A stretch of DNA of 39,629 nt from NCBI GenBank assembly GCA_022451235.1, contig JAKUOA010000004.1, positions 3,366 to 42,994 of the forward strand, written 5' to 3'. The notes under the pieces were generated by a model. The model was not told the origin of the DNA, made no database searches, and saw only the letters and a program-made list of their open reading frames with translations. This document shows, in pieces, positions 27,965-37,758 of the stretch; positions within the stretch are counted from its first letter, which is position 1, and each line of letters starts with the position of its first letter. The DNA is from Candidatus Thalassarchaeum sp. (GTDB taxonomy: Archaea; Thermoplasmatota; Poseidoniia; Poseidoniales; Thalassarchaeaceae). Made by a program: the position numbers and the translations under genes.

Positions 27965-28318
27965 ATGAGCAACAGAGAGTTCGTCGACTTCGCCACCGTA
28001 CGTGATTTGTTATTGGATGCACGAGAACGACGTGGGGAATTGTCATACGAGCAGAAAGTCGCTCTTCAACACGCTGAGTGGGCTGCTAGCGAGAACCGAG
28101 GGGGAATAAAGACAAGTCCTGAGATATTCACTAATCTATTCGAAGATCTCTCAAAGAATGAGAAATTAGGTCAGTATCCTGAGGTTTGTGCAAAGATTGC
28201 CGAACTTGCCCCAATGGAAGTCGAGAATGTTAGGGTAATCATCGCATCTAAGAGAATCGCAATGGATACAGACGAGGTAGAAGAGATTATCACCACCGTC
28301 AGACAACACATTCTTTGA
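27965..28318 (+). CDS. rpo4: RNA polymerase subunit Rpo4 (F)
   Basis: ELSYEQKVALQHAE, KIAELAP; syntenic after rpl21e. Confidence 0.88.
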   Translation: MSNREFVDFATVRDLLLDARERRGELSYEQKVALQHAEWAASENRGGIKTSPEIFTNLFEDLSKNEKLGQYPEVCAKIAELAPMEVENVRVIIASKRIAMDTDEVEEIITTVRQHIL

Positions 28319-28393
28319 CTTGCAAATTTGATAATTTAACAAAAGTCAGCATTTTGCTGTAATTTTGCCTAACCCTACAAAACACATTCATTC

Positions 28394-28996
28394 ATGAGGG
28401 ATAACCGAACTCCGAGGACTGGGAATATGCAGCCGAGTGGCAATGTTAACGGCGACGGAGCCGATGGGCCCTTTGCCTCTGAGACTCATGTTCGTGTCCT
28501 CGATGTCATGGAAAGAAGACCCGTGGGCATGGAAATACATGCTATTTCGGAACCAGGACTTCACATTGTTCGGGCAAGATTGAACGATGGCTTCTCCTCA
28601 GAATCTGGTGACCATTTTGCTCTTGAGTCAGGTAAGTCTGGACAACTATCACCTCTACGCTTCCAAGATCTATCTGGAGATGCTAATTCGGTCTTGCAAG
28701 AAGCGGTTGCAGAATCAATCAAAGTGAATCCTGACCCACATTTGGGATTCTATAACCGAGCCAACAACATTTCACGTAAGGTTCACGCCTTTCGATTGCT
28801 ACCGGGAGTTGGCAGTTCAACCGCTAGGTCTTGGGTTGAAATTCGTGGGCCAAATGGCTGGGTTGACCTAGATGAAGTAAGTCAAAAGCTCGATATTGAC
28901 GCAGTCGAATTGCTAGCGGAGAGATATGTAAGTGAAATGGAAAATCCAGGAGAAGTCCCCTGTCTGCTAGATTTACTGGTGAGGGTCGACGCCTAA
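28394..28996 (+). CDS. DUF655 family putative nucleic-acid-binding protein (divergent)
   Basis: FYNRANNISRKVHAFRLLPGVG (HhH-like); conserved position between rpo4 and rsmA. Confidence 0.8.
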   Translation: MRDNRTPRTGNMQPSGNVNGDGADGPFASETHVRVLDVMERRPVGMEIHAISEPGLHIVRARLNDGFSSESGDHFALESGKSGQLSPLRFQDLSGDANSVLQEAVAESIKVNPDPHLGFYNRANNISRKVHAFRLLPGVGSSTARSWVEIRGPNGWVDLDEVSQKLDIDAVELLAERYVSEMENPGEVPCLLDLLVRVDA

Positions 28997-29009
28997 TCGA
29001 GGTGGGCGT

Positions 29010-29882
29010 ATGGACGATCTCGATGTCAGATTGCTAGTAGAATTGCTACGAGACCGAATTATTCCAGATCGAAAGCTCGGCCAACATTTCCTGCTCGACG
29101 AAGCGGTTATCGATAGGGCAGTAGAAATTGCTTCGAAGAATCATCCTATTAACGAGCAAAGTCATGTTTTGGAGATTGGTCCAGGTCCAGGTTCGCTGAC
29201 ATTAGAATTATTGCGAACGGGAGCAAAAGTAACCGCCATAGAATTAGATCAGGAATCCACGAATCATCTCGCCAGAGTTTTCAACGGCGTTGATGGGAAA
29301 TTACAAGTTATTCACGCCGATGCACTAGAAATCGATTGGCCAGAAGACATTACTCACATTGTTTCCAATCTCCCATACCAGATATCTAGCCCCGTGCTAG
29401 AGAGAATTCAGAAGCATCATTCCAATACCCAAATCAAAGGAATTTCATTACTCGTTCAGGAAGAATTTGCAGAACGTATGGCGATGAAAAAAGGGTATGC
29501 AACCCGTGGTCCCCTGGGTCACTCACTTTGGCTTGACTTCGATGTCGAACTGGATGTAAAGGTCGCACCTCATTCATTTAGTCCGTCACCAAGAGTACAT
29601 TCACGTCTGACAAATTTAATTCCAGTTAACCGTGAAACAACACAATCGATTGACAACCGCCTATACAGGATGGTCATCACAGAATGTTTTAGCAATCGTC
29701 GACGTAAACTTAGGACATCTCTGAAGAAGTCCCCAAAACGCCTCAATAGAATACCAGGTTGGCATCGTTCTCGATGGGAATCAGCAATCAAGACAATACC
29801 TAGCCAAACACTTGAACTCCGGCCTGAGAATCTAACTTCAGAGGATTGGGTCTTGCTAATCAGTCAAATTAGTCAGCCTTGA
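29010..29882 (+). CDS. rsmA: 16S rRNA adenine dimethyltransferase RsmA/KsgA
   Basis: LGQHFL, LEIGPGPGSLT, VSNLPYQISSP, QEEFAERM, FSPSPRVHS. Confidence 0.95.
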   Translation: MDDLDVRLLVELLRDRIIPDRKLGQHFLLDEAVIDRAVEIASKNHPINEQSHVLEIGPGPGSLTLELLRTGAKVTAIELDQESTNHLARVFNGVDGKLQVIHADALEIDWPEDITHIVSNLPYQISSPVLERIQKHHSNTQIKGISLLVQEEFAERMAMKKGYATRGPLGHSLWLDFDVELDVKVAPHSFSPSPRVHSRLTNLIPVNRETTQSIDNRLYRMVITECFSNRRRKLRTSLKKSPKRLNRIPGWHRSRWESAIKTIPSQTLELRPENLTSEDWVLLISQISQP

Positions 29883-29982
29883 ACCATTCTGAGAACCGGA
29901 GAACCACGCCTTCAAAGCCCACAGTAGGTTCGGCGACAACAGCGAAGCGCGTACAGGCCTCGCTGGGAAGGGAGATGGTTAA

Positions 29983-31074
29983 ATGGCCAAGAAGGACACT
30001 TATCTCGCGCTTTTGCGTAGAGGAATTGATGAAAATACAGCCCAACTCCTTGCTGACTCGGGTATCAAAGTTGGCGATTTGAAGAAACTCGATGAAGAGA
30101 AACTTCGTAATAACTACGGCCTCAAGAAAGAGATAGCTAAATCTGTTCTTGAGGCTGTCAAATCAGGGCCTAGAGCGGCTGCAAAGCAACGTTACCTAGC
30201 CGATGTTCTTTCTAAGGACCAGAAAAAGAAGGTCGACAAAATCGAGGAGCAACGCTTCAAGCGTGAGCAGAAGGATATCGTTACAGAACTTAACGAGAAG
30301 AAAGAGGAATTACGCATAGCCAAGGTCGAGGCTTTCCGCTCCAAGAAACTGGTCATGAATCGACTAGGGAAAACCGTTGAACTTATTGTCAAATTAGAGA
30401 ATTCATTCGATGATGAATCTAAGCGTGAACAGCGTAGCAAACTACGTGATCAACTTGAGACTAGAGGTCTAGAAGCAGCTAGAGACCACGAGATGCTTGA
30501 ATTGGTAGGAACTCCTCAAGACATTGTGGATTTCCGCCGAAAAATAGCCCCTAAACTGTGTATGTATGCCTGCCCAATATGTGGTGAGGAAATGGATCCT
30601 CGAGGCGGGAACGTCATTGAAGATACAACGGATTTCTCCTTTGTTTGCTGGGAATGTGAGGAAGAATTCCATGCTCCAATGGCAAACTTTGTCGATAAGC
30701 AACTAAACAACGGCTCTCGAATAAAAATCGATCCGAAGATGAAACCACGAGAAAAGCGTGTTCGAAAGCCAAAGAAGAAGTCGGCTGAAACAATCAAGGA
30801 TTTGATGGTGAAGGATTTGGAAGCGACCGGAGCATCCGCTGAAGAGATGGCAGCAGCAGTCGAAGCAAGCGACTTGACTGGCGGCTTGATGAGTATTGAT
30901 GAGTGGATTGACCAAACCCTCGCTGCTAAGGGATACATCCAAGCGCAAGAGCACCGAGAAGACTTCATCCTCGCTACCGGTGCTGGTGCTACCAAGTTCA
31001 ACAAGTGGATGAAGAAGGCAGGCCTTGTCTTCAATAAGCAGACAGGACAGTGGACTCGCTGGAAAAATGACTGA
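29983..31074 (+). CDS. hypothetical protein: HhH-like N-terminus, coiled coil, C4 Zn ribbon, small C-terminal domain
   Basis: 363 aa, highly charged; CPIC…CWEC; basic tract PREKRVRKPKKK. Confidence 0.8.
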   Translation: MAKKDTYLALLRRGIDENTAQLLADSGIKVGDLKKLDEEKLRNNYGLKKEIAKSVLEAVKSGPRAAAKQRYLADVLSKDQKKKVDKIEEQRFKREQKDIVTELNEKKEELRIAKVEAFRSKKLVMNRLGKTVELIVKLENSFDDESKREQRSKLRDQLETRGLEAARDHEMLELVGTPQDIVDFRRKIAPKLCMYACPICGEEMDPRGGNVIEDTTDFSFVCWECEEEFHAPMANFVDKQLNNGSRIKIDPKMKPREKRVRKPKKKSAETIKDLMVKDLEATGASAEEMAAAVEASDLTGGLMSIDEWIDQTLAAKGYIQAQEHREDFILATGAGATKFNKWMKKAGLVFNKQTGQWTRWKND

Positions 31075-31118
31075 ATTCGCCGGTCGATTTGAAGACGAAT
31101 AATCGAGTCGGGGTATCC

Positions 31119-31406
31119 ATGGCGATAGTCCGCTTCTTTCGCGGAGCTCTTCTTCTTGGGGTTGCAGAAGCCGAAGAAGACGAGTCCTTGGTTGAGGTAG
31201 CCGAGAAGGCTGGAGTGGATATTCCAACGAACTGTACTTCGGGTAACTGCGGCACATGTTTAGTTCGATTAAAGAGCGGTGAAGTGGATTATCCAGAGCC
31301 ATTACCCCCCGGTCTTGATGAATTCTTAGTAGAGGACGGAGGGATCCTCTCATGCTGTATGCAAGCTAACGGAACCTGCGATATCGATGTAATTCCACCT
31401 TTGTGA
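31119..31406 (+). CDS. plant-type [2Fe-2S] ferredoxin
   Basis: CTSGNCGTC…LSCC; probable start ATG 31119. Confidence 0.9.
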   Translation: MAIVRFFRGALLLGVAEAEEDESLVEVAEKAGVDIPTNCTSGNCGTCLVRLKSGEVDYPEPLPPGLDEFLVEDGGILSCCMQANGTCDIDVIPPL

Positions 31407-31415
31407 TGTGATATT

Positions 31416-31577
31416 ATGGACGACCAAGAATTCATTTTTCTTGTAATCTTTAATGTAGTAGGGGTAGGAATTGCTGTTTGGTTCCTATACACTCGTCTGC
31501 GTGCAAAACTCGTAGAGGTGGAGGAGCGTAAATCACGAAGATGGAAACGTGATAGTAAAATGGAGAGTGAAGAATGA
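31416..31577 (+). CDS. 53-aa single-pass membrane microprotein (not in the ORF track)
   Basis: Hand translation [53 protein letters not shown]; fills the gap exactly and has an ATGA overlap with the cupin gene. Confidence 0.65.
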   Translation: MDDQEFIFLVIFNVVGVGIAVWFLYTRLRAKLVEVEERKSRRWKRDSKMESEE

Positions 31578-31936
31578 TGGATATAATCAACCTAAAAGAA
31601 AAACTTGGCAAATTTTCCGATCATTGGTCGCCAAAAGTTATCGCCGAATTAAACGATTATCAATTCAAATTAGTGAAAATCCAAGGTGAATTTGTATGGC
31701 ACAATCATCCAGATACCGATGAGGTTTTCATCGTCATCGAAGGGAGCATGAAAATCGAGTTCGAAAATGAGACAATCGAATTGAACGAAGGTGAGATGAT
31801 AGTCGTACCCAAAGGGGTTGAACACAAACCATATGCCGAATCTGAATGCAAGGTTATGCTAGTAGAACCACGCGGTGTAGTTAACACCGGCGAAGCCGAT
31901 AGCGAACTTACAGCAGATAATGACATCTGGATTTGA
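31574..31936 (+). CDS. cupin domain protein
   Basis: [34 protein letters not shown]. Confidence 0.9.
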   Translation: MMDIINLKEKLGKFSDHWSPKVIAELNDYQFKLVKIQGEFVWHNHPDTDEVFIVIEGSMKIEFENETIELNEGEMIVVPKGVEHKPYAESECKVMLVEPRGVVNTGEADSELTADNDIWI

Positions 31937-31940
31937 ATAC

Positions 31941-32240
31941 TCATTCGTTAATTGCAGCAGTCCATCTATCTGCTTGAGGCACACCAACAACTTCGATATG
32001 GCAAGCGAGGACTCCCTTCTGTTGATTAATTTCAGAGCGAAGTTCCATGAGGTCGTTGATACAACACGGGCAATGTGCTCTGGTTGGTTGAACCCACAAT
32101 TGAACTATTCCTGCATCATCAACTTCAACTCCTTTCAGAATTGATTCATCAGTCATTTCTTTTCCATGAGGTTCTATTCTTCCTCGTAGTAATCTTGCAA
32201 GCCGCTTTTGAGCAGTTGCTTTAGTACGGGACACAATCAT
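31941..32240 (-). CDS. DUF59/SufT (MIP18)-like small protein
   Basis: IEPHGKEMTDESILKGVEVDD…VQPTRAHCPCC; ATG 32240 has an ATGA overlap with the upstream peptidase stop. Confidence 0.6.
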   Translation of the reverse strand: MIVSRTKATAQKRLARLLRGRIEPHGKEMTDESILKGVEVDDAGIVQLWVQPTRAHCPCCINDLMELRSEINQQKGVLACHIEVVGVPQADRWTAAINE

Positions 32241-33493
32241 TCCTCCCATTCTGTGAGTAAATCCCATGAATCTCCCATAGTCAGACATTCAATTCCATCC
32301 GAAGTTCGAGCAAATGTGTCCTCAGTGCCTATTGCTCCAGAGTCATAGATTACCTTAGGTTCTACCGCCATCGTTCCTCCAATCGGGAGTTCTCTATCAA
32401 AACGATCGGCGATAACCGGCGTCTCATCAAGCTCTAACCCTACTGAATGGCCAAGAAATACGGCTTGTTCGGGTGCCATTCCCATAAGATGTTCAGAATA
32501 GCCCATTTCTTCTGCCATCCCACTACCAATTCTCCAAGCCTCCGAACAATAGTCTCCTCTTCCGAGGCTTGCAACAACTGAGTCTCTAATCTCTGCCATG
32601 TCGTCCAATTTAGTCACCGATTCCTCATTGAGTCGACCAGCGCAGAACATTCGTGTACAATCTGAGACATAGCCGCGGTGTAGATGAACAATATCGACTA
32701 TTACAGGCTCGCCGGCTGCGACTTTTGCGTGGCCCGCACCTAGTGAAGAGATTGGACTTGCTCCTAGTCCCCCGATAGCAGAATCGAAGTACGATGGAAC
32801 TGCTCCTGATCTTCCAGCGGCGATTACAACTCGGTCGCAATCCATTGGCCATCGTCTCATCCTAATGCGTCCTCCAAATCCTGCTGCTCGACTGACTTCA
32901 TCGGCCGCAGCAGCCATTTCTAATTCGCTGCGCCCCTCTCCGCCAAATTCTCTGACTGCTTCGAACATCTCTCTATTTATTCGTCCGCTTTCTCGCAGCA
33001 TTTCAATTTCCCAAGCAGATTTTGTTTCCCGCAAACCATACATTAGGTAAGTCGCATCCTGCATTTCACCTAGTGCGGACATTCTTCTAGAGAAGTACTG
33101 CCACCTGTCATGGGGCATTTTTCCAGCCAGCATAGCTGGCGCAGAAGTTGCGCCAAGTGAATGGAGTGCATCCGTCATTTGTCTCATTCTTGGCTGAGCG
33201 GTAATCGGATCCGGAGCATCATCACCTCCCGATTCAAATGTCGCTCTTCTCAGTGATTTTCGAACCCAATGGGTATTCTCTACATCTGATCCCTCAGCAC
33301 CGATGAGAATCATCCCGTTTTGTCTACCACCAGTCAACCAGTAGAGTTCTATTGGGTCATCGATTAGTACCGACTCAAAACCAGTTTCTGCGAGTGCTGA
33401 CGACAACCTACTACGACGCTCTTCCAACTCAGTAACAGGCACTCGCCAGTCTTCTCCATCTGGGCCGGTAAGTCGCTCCGCATCCCACGCCAT
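32237..33493 (-). CDS. Xaa-Pro peptidase family (M24) protein
   Basis: LRETKSAWEI; metal ligands in VDI, GYVSDCTR, GHSVGLELDE, VEPK and TEDT; probable start ATG 33493. Confidence 0.9.
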   Translation of the reverse strand: MAWDAERLTGPDGEDWRVPVTELEERRSRLSSALAETGFESVLIDDPIELYWLTGGRQNGMILIGAEGSDVENTHWVRKSLRRATFESGGDDAPDPITAQPRMRQMTDALHSLGATSAPAMLAGKMPHDRWQYFSRRMSALGEMQDATYLMYGLRETKSAWEIEMLRESGRINREMFEAVREFGGEGRSELEMAAAADEVSRAAGFGGRIRMRRWPMDCDRVVIAAGRSGAVPSYFDSAIGGLGASPISSLGAGHAKVAAGEPVIVDIVHLHRGYVSDCTRMFCAGRLNEESVTKLDDMAEIRDSVVASLGRGDYCSEAWRIGSGMAEEMGYSEHLMGMAPEQAVFLGHSVGLELDETPVIADRFDRELPIGGTMAVEPKVIYDSGAIGTEDTFARTSDGIECLTMGDSWDLLTEWEE

Positions 33494-33580
33494 CAACTCG
33501 CCACTACAGCAAAGACACAAAGGCATTGGGGGGGAGTTCTGAGCCGTCCTATCTCCATCATTATCAAAAGACGCCTGCTA

Positions 33581-34828
33581 GTGGCCCACATCGTGAAAGA
33601 CGTTCTATCCTTGGACGACATTCACCTAAGCGGTAAGCGTGTGCTATATCGCGTCGACATTAATTCACCCCTTCATCCAGAGACTGGTGCCTTCCTAGAT
33701 GATGGAAGACTTAGGGCGATTCTACCTACTCTTGCTGACCTATCCGAATCTAAGGTTGTGATTATTGGGCATCAGTCTAGGCCAGGTAAAGACGATTTCA
33801 CTGATCTGTCAGGTCATGCAGAAAGACTTCGCAGAATTCTTGTTCGACCTATTCGTTTTGTTCCCGATGTCTGTGGTAAAGAAGCAATAGATGCCATTAG
33901 AAGTTTGAAAAATGGAGAAATTCTATGCTTGGACAATGTGAGAATGCACAATGAGGAAATTTCCCTAAAGAAGGCAGAATTGGAGGAATTACGATTATCT
34001 CAAATCGTCATGAATTTAGCCCCTGAATTTGATGCCTATGTTACCGACGCATTCGCTGCAGCACACCGAAATTCCCCTACTTTGACCGGCTTTGCCGATG
34101 ATTTACCTTGTATTGCAGGGCGCTTGATGCAACGAGAAATTAGCGCTCTACAAACCGCTGTTACAAATCCACCACGACCATACGTTGCAATTCTCGGCGG
34201 GGCTAAGGCGGACGATTCATTTCGAGTTGCTCAGAATCTAATCAATCGAGGTGTAGTAGATACTATTGCGTTTGTTGGTGTGGTTGGAAATATGGTTCTC
34301 TGGGTACAAGGAGTTGACATCGGAGAGGGAAATAAGGAATTTATCAGAGGCACCTTAGGAGAAGATTTTGATATCGCTTGGGAGATGGCCAACGAGCTTG
34401 TTGAGAATCATTCAAATTTTCTCTTAGTCCCCACTGATGTTGCGGTGGAAATTCGAGATGAACGAGTTGGGCTGAGCATCGATGAACTACCAGTCCCCCA
34501 TCCAATTTACGATATTGGTGTCGAAACCTTGATGCAATTACGACCTGTATTGATGCAAGCAGGTTGCATTCTTTGGAATGGACCTGCTAGTTACTTTGAG
34601 AAACCCTCCTTCGCGTTTGGAACAATTGAGATTCTCAACATGTGTACCGAAACCACGGCCATGACAATTGTAGGTGGTGGCCATACCAGTGCCTTAGTGA
34701 ACTCCCGAGGAGTTGCAAACAAGGTTTCACACAATAGCACCGGCGGAGGAGCCTGCTTGCAGATGCTTTGTGGGGATAGAATGCCGGTTATCGAAGCACT
34801 GCAACATTCTGCAGAAAAGTTTCGTTAG
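33581..34828 (+). CDS. pgk: phosphoglycerate kinase
   Basis: RVDINSP, HQSRPG, DAFAAAHR, LGGAKADD, GGGHT, STGGGA. Confidence 0.96.
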   Translation: MAHIVKDVLSLDDIHLSGKRVLYRVDINSPLHPETGAFLDDGRLRAILPTLADLSESKVVIIGHQSRPGKDDFTDLSGHAERLRRILVRPIRFVPDVCGKEAIDAIRSLKNGEILCLDNVRMHNEEISLKKAELEELRLSQIVMNLAPEFDAYVTDAFAAAHRNSPTLTGFADDLPCIAGRLMQREISALQTAVTNPPRPYVAILGGAKADDSFRVAQNLINRGVVDTIAFVGVVGNMVLWVQGVDIGEGNKEFIRGTLGEDFDIAWEMANELVENHSNFLLVPTDVAVEIRDERVGLSIDELPVPHPIYDIGVETLMQLRPVLMQAGCILWNGPASYFEKPSFAFGTIEILNMCTETTAMTIVGGGHTSALVNSRGVANKVSHNSTGGGACLQMLCGDRMPVIEALQHSAEKFR

Positions 34829-34876
34829 AGAAATTCCGCCAAAACCCTAATTCGTCTACAGCGATTACAGTCAGAT

Positions 34877-35419
34877 ATGGAAGAAGAGCCAAACTCTGAC
34901 ACTCTAGAAGGTACAACAGAACCAACAGTAGTAGATGCGGGGAGAGTATTCGTCAACACTGGTCCAGAATTTCCAGTTCAGAAGAATCAAGCTGCAAAGG
35001 TAATTGGGATACTGGTTATCATCTGGGGAGCGTTCAATTTACTCGGATCGCCACTAGCCCTGTTGTCGGATTTTGGAGCGACGGATCTTGATGGGAATCC
35101 GATAAGCTATCCGACAGAATATTTTGTAGTGACCATGCTATCTTCGGTAATCGCTGGAGCAATTGCTATTTTCGGCGGGTACCAAATGACTCAATACAAG
35201 AAAATGGGAATCTGGATGATATTCGGCTCATTTGCGATTGCGTGGATTGGCAGTATAATTTCTAGTACAATTGCGGGAGGGGCTATGGATACTGCAGATA
35301 CAGGCGGTTTTGGTGCCGTAATGGGCGCAGGATCTGGAATTTGCGGTATATTCTGCTATGCCATTTGTGGAATAATTGTGGCAATCCCGCTGATGTTATC
35401 TGATGGTGGAATGGAATAA
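34877..35419 (+). CDS. hypothetical four-TM membrane protein
   Basis: 180 aa with four hydrophobic helices; its stop directly abuts the convergent PMM/PGM stop. Confidence 0.75.
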   Translation: MEEEPNSDTLEGTTEPTVVDAGRVFVNTGPEFPVQKNQAAKVIGILVIIWGAFNLLGSPLALLSDFGATDLDGNPISYPTEYFVVTMLSSVIAGAIAIFGGYQMTQYKKMGIWMIFGSFAIAWIGSIISSTIAGGAMDTADTGGFGAVMGAGSGICGIFCYAICGIIVAIPLMLSDGGME

Positions 35420-36802
35420 TCATCTCAGTTTGGTCAAATCCAACATATGACCAATTCGGGAATTAACATCCTCGATGATCGCTACCAATGCTGAATCGTC
35501 TCGGCCCTCAGCTCGCATTACCAAAATCGGTTCTGTATTCGATGGCCTGCAAAGATACCATCCATCAGGATAGCGAACTCTGATCCCGTCCACAGTCGAC
35601 TTTTCCATATCTGCAAAAGCACCTTCGACAGCCATCATGGTTTCTTCTCTTTCTCCAACCAATGGGATCTTTGTCTCATCAGTTGAAGGGTAATCTGGGA
35701 GGTTAGTGAATCTCTGGGAGAAACTTACTCCGCCATCATTGGGTGCGGGGTCCCGTCCAATTATTTCCAGCAAACGAGCCGCATTGTATAGTGAGCAATC
35801 GAATCCAGGCCACCTATCGTGTAGGAAGAAGTGACCTGACATTTCTCCAGCCATCACCGCCTCTGGATTACTTCTCAATTCTCTCTTCATGAATGAGTGC
35901 CCTGTGCGAACCATTTTCGGAACTCCACCGCTAGTAAGAATCGCTTCTTCTAGTGCCATACTGCACTTTACATCGTAGAAAACGGTGCGCTCTGCCTCTG
36001 TTCCATCGCGACGGTCAACCAAAACATCAGCCGCGATGAGAGCCATTAAACGATCAGGATGTATGAATCGACCTTGCTCATCAACCACCCCTATTCTGTC
36101 GCCATCTCCATCCATACCAATTCCAAATTCACAATTATTCTCAATTACGGCTGCGGACAAATCAACCATATTCTTCTGGCGTGTTGGATCAGGAGGGTGG
36201 TTAGGGAAAGTATTGTCCCATTCACAGTGAATTGGTACTAGTTCAACCCCTAGTCTTTGCATCAGGGATACTGTCAATGGACCCGGAACTGCGTTACCAC
36301 AATCGATTGCGATCCGGATTGCACGTTGAGGGATTCCTGCATTTTCTACAATGGTCTGCAATACCTGTTCCTCAAAATCTGGCATCTCAGTTATTGTTCC
36401 AGACCCGCTATGGAACTCACCTGAATCGAAAGTTGCCTTTAGTTCCTGCAATTCTTCTCCAGCCATAGGCAAACTCCCTCGACAAATCTTGAATCCGTTA
36501 TACTCGGGGGGGTTATGGCTAGCAGTGATAGCCACTGCCGCATCTACAGACAAGTCGACAGTGGCTCGATATAACACACCAGTAGTAGTAATTCCAAGGT
36601 CGATAACATCGGCCCCTGATGCAGTTATTCCTTGCAAAAAAGCCTCATGTAATTCAGGGCCCGATTCACGAATATCTCTAGCCACTGCAATTGATTTAGC
36701 ATCGAGGTGAGTAACCAATGCAGAACCCAGTCTATTGGCAAAATCCGTATCCAATTGGCTACCGGCCAACCCACGAATATCGTAGGCCTTGAACACACTC
36801 AT
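35420..36802 (-). CDS. phosphomannomutase/phosphoglucomutase (AlgC-like)
   Basis: FKAYDIRG, TASHNPPEYNG, DGDGDR, GEMSGH, RPSNTEP. Confidence 0.93.
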   Translation of the reverse strand: MSVFKAYDIRGLAGSQLDTDFANRLGSALVTHLDAKSIAVARDIRESGPELHEAFLQGITASGADVIDLGITTTGVLYRATVDLSVDAAVAITASHNPPEYNGFKICRGSLPMAGEELQELKATFDSGEFHSGSGTITEMPDFEEQVLQTIVENAGIPQRAIRIAIDCGNAVPGPLTVSLMQRLGVELVPIHCEWDNTFPNHPPDPTRQKNMVDLSAAVIENNCEFGIGMDGDGDRIGVVDEQGRFIHPDRLMALIAADVLVDRRDGTEAERTVFYDVKCSMALEEAILTSGGVPKMVRTGHSFMKRELRSNPEAVMAGEMSGHFFLHDRWPGFDCSLYNAARLLEIIGRDPAPNDGGVSFSQRFTNLPDYPSTDETKIPLVGEREETMMAVEGAFADMEKSTVDGIRVRYPDGWYLCRPSNTEPILVMRAEGRDDSALVAIIEDVNSRIGHMLDLTKLR

Positions 36803-36874
36803 GGATTAGACGGAGCACTTTTCCTTCATCATCCCATCGTGGCTATGGCAACTGAATAATCGAATCTTGAAGGC

Positions 36875-37252
36875 TCAATTCGCCCCTGAACCCCTTACAG
36901 CCCGCGCTACGACCTCTACCTTTGCACCCGCAGGTAATTCCTTCACTCCATATGCGGCACGGGCAGGAAGAATGGTACCTTCCAACCAAGCCGCGTAGAC
37001 GTCGTTAAATTCGCCGAATTCAGTCATATCTTCTAGCAGGACCATGACCATAACCAAATCTGCTTTATCTGCTCCTGCCTCACCTAGCAGTACATCGATT
37101 TTGGATAGTGCACTAGTGGCCTGTTCAGCCATAGAATTGCCACCATCAATTCCAATTTGACCGGCTACCCAAATATCGTCTCCAACAACCATACATGGGT
37201 TGTATGGAAACATTGGTTTCACGCCTGCATAGATTGGTTGCTTCTTACTCAT
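36875..37252 (-). CDS. RidA/YjgF family protein
   Basis: VAGQIG, FNDVY, PARAA, LPAGAKVEV; probable start ATG 37252. Confidence 0.88.
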   Translation of the reverse strand: MSKKQPIYAGVKPMFPYNPCMVVGDDIWVAGQIGIDGGNSMAEQATSALSKIDVLLGEAGADKADLVMVMVLLEDMTEFGEFNDVYAAWLEGTILPARAAYGVKELPAGAKVEVVARAVRGSGAN

Positions 37253-37293
37253 ACACAAACCAGTCAAACTCGCATGATAGGGTTATTCCCTCA

Positions 37294-37758
37294 TCATTCC
37301 CTTAGCATATCCACGATATCCAAGTGGTCTGCGGCGACGGTATCTTTGGTCAACTCGTCGATTGGCACCCATGCAGCAGACACTGCGTCGTCCGCCCCTT
37401 TCGGTTCTGTATCAATGTCAGCATCTACGAGATAGAAAAGACCTACACAGTGTTTTCGAGGATCTCTACCAGGTGCACCTAGTACATGCAAAACTCTTGG
37501 GTTTAGGCCTTCTATTCCGGTTTCTTCCTGTAATTCACGTAGAACTGCATCTTCTGGGTCTTCTCCATAATCGACAAAACCTCCTGGAAATGCCCACAAT
37601 CCTTGCCATACTGCGGGGTCTGGACCACGTTCTATCATCAGTAATTCGAGTCCATTTTTTGTTTCCCGTGCCGCTACTGCGTCAACAGTGACCGACGGGC
37701 TATGATATCCATCTCTACCACATGTAGGACAACGCTTGGTGTTCGGTTCAGCTCCCAT
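37294..37758 (-). CDS. Nudix hydrolase (ADP-ribose pyrophosphatase-like) with N-terminal CxxC
   Basis: Intact Nudix box GGFVDYGEDPEDAVLRELQEETGI; PSVTVDAV, RDPR, ADDA. Confidence 0.92.
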   Translation of the reverse strand: MGAEPNTKRCPTCGRDGYHSPSVTVDAVAARETKNGLELLMIERGPDPAVWQGLWAFPGGFVDYGEDPEDAVLRELQEETGIEGLNPRVLHVLGAPGRDPRKHCVGLFYLVDADIDTEPKGADDAVSAAWVPIDELTKDTVAADHLDIVDMLRE

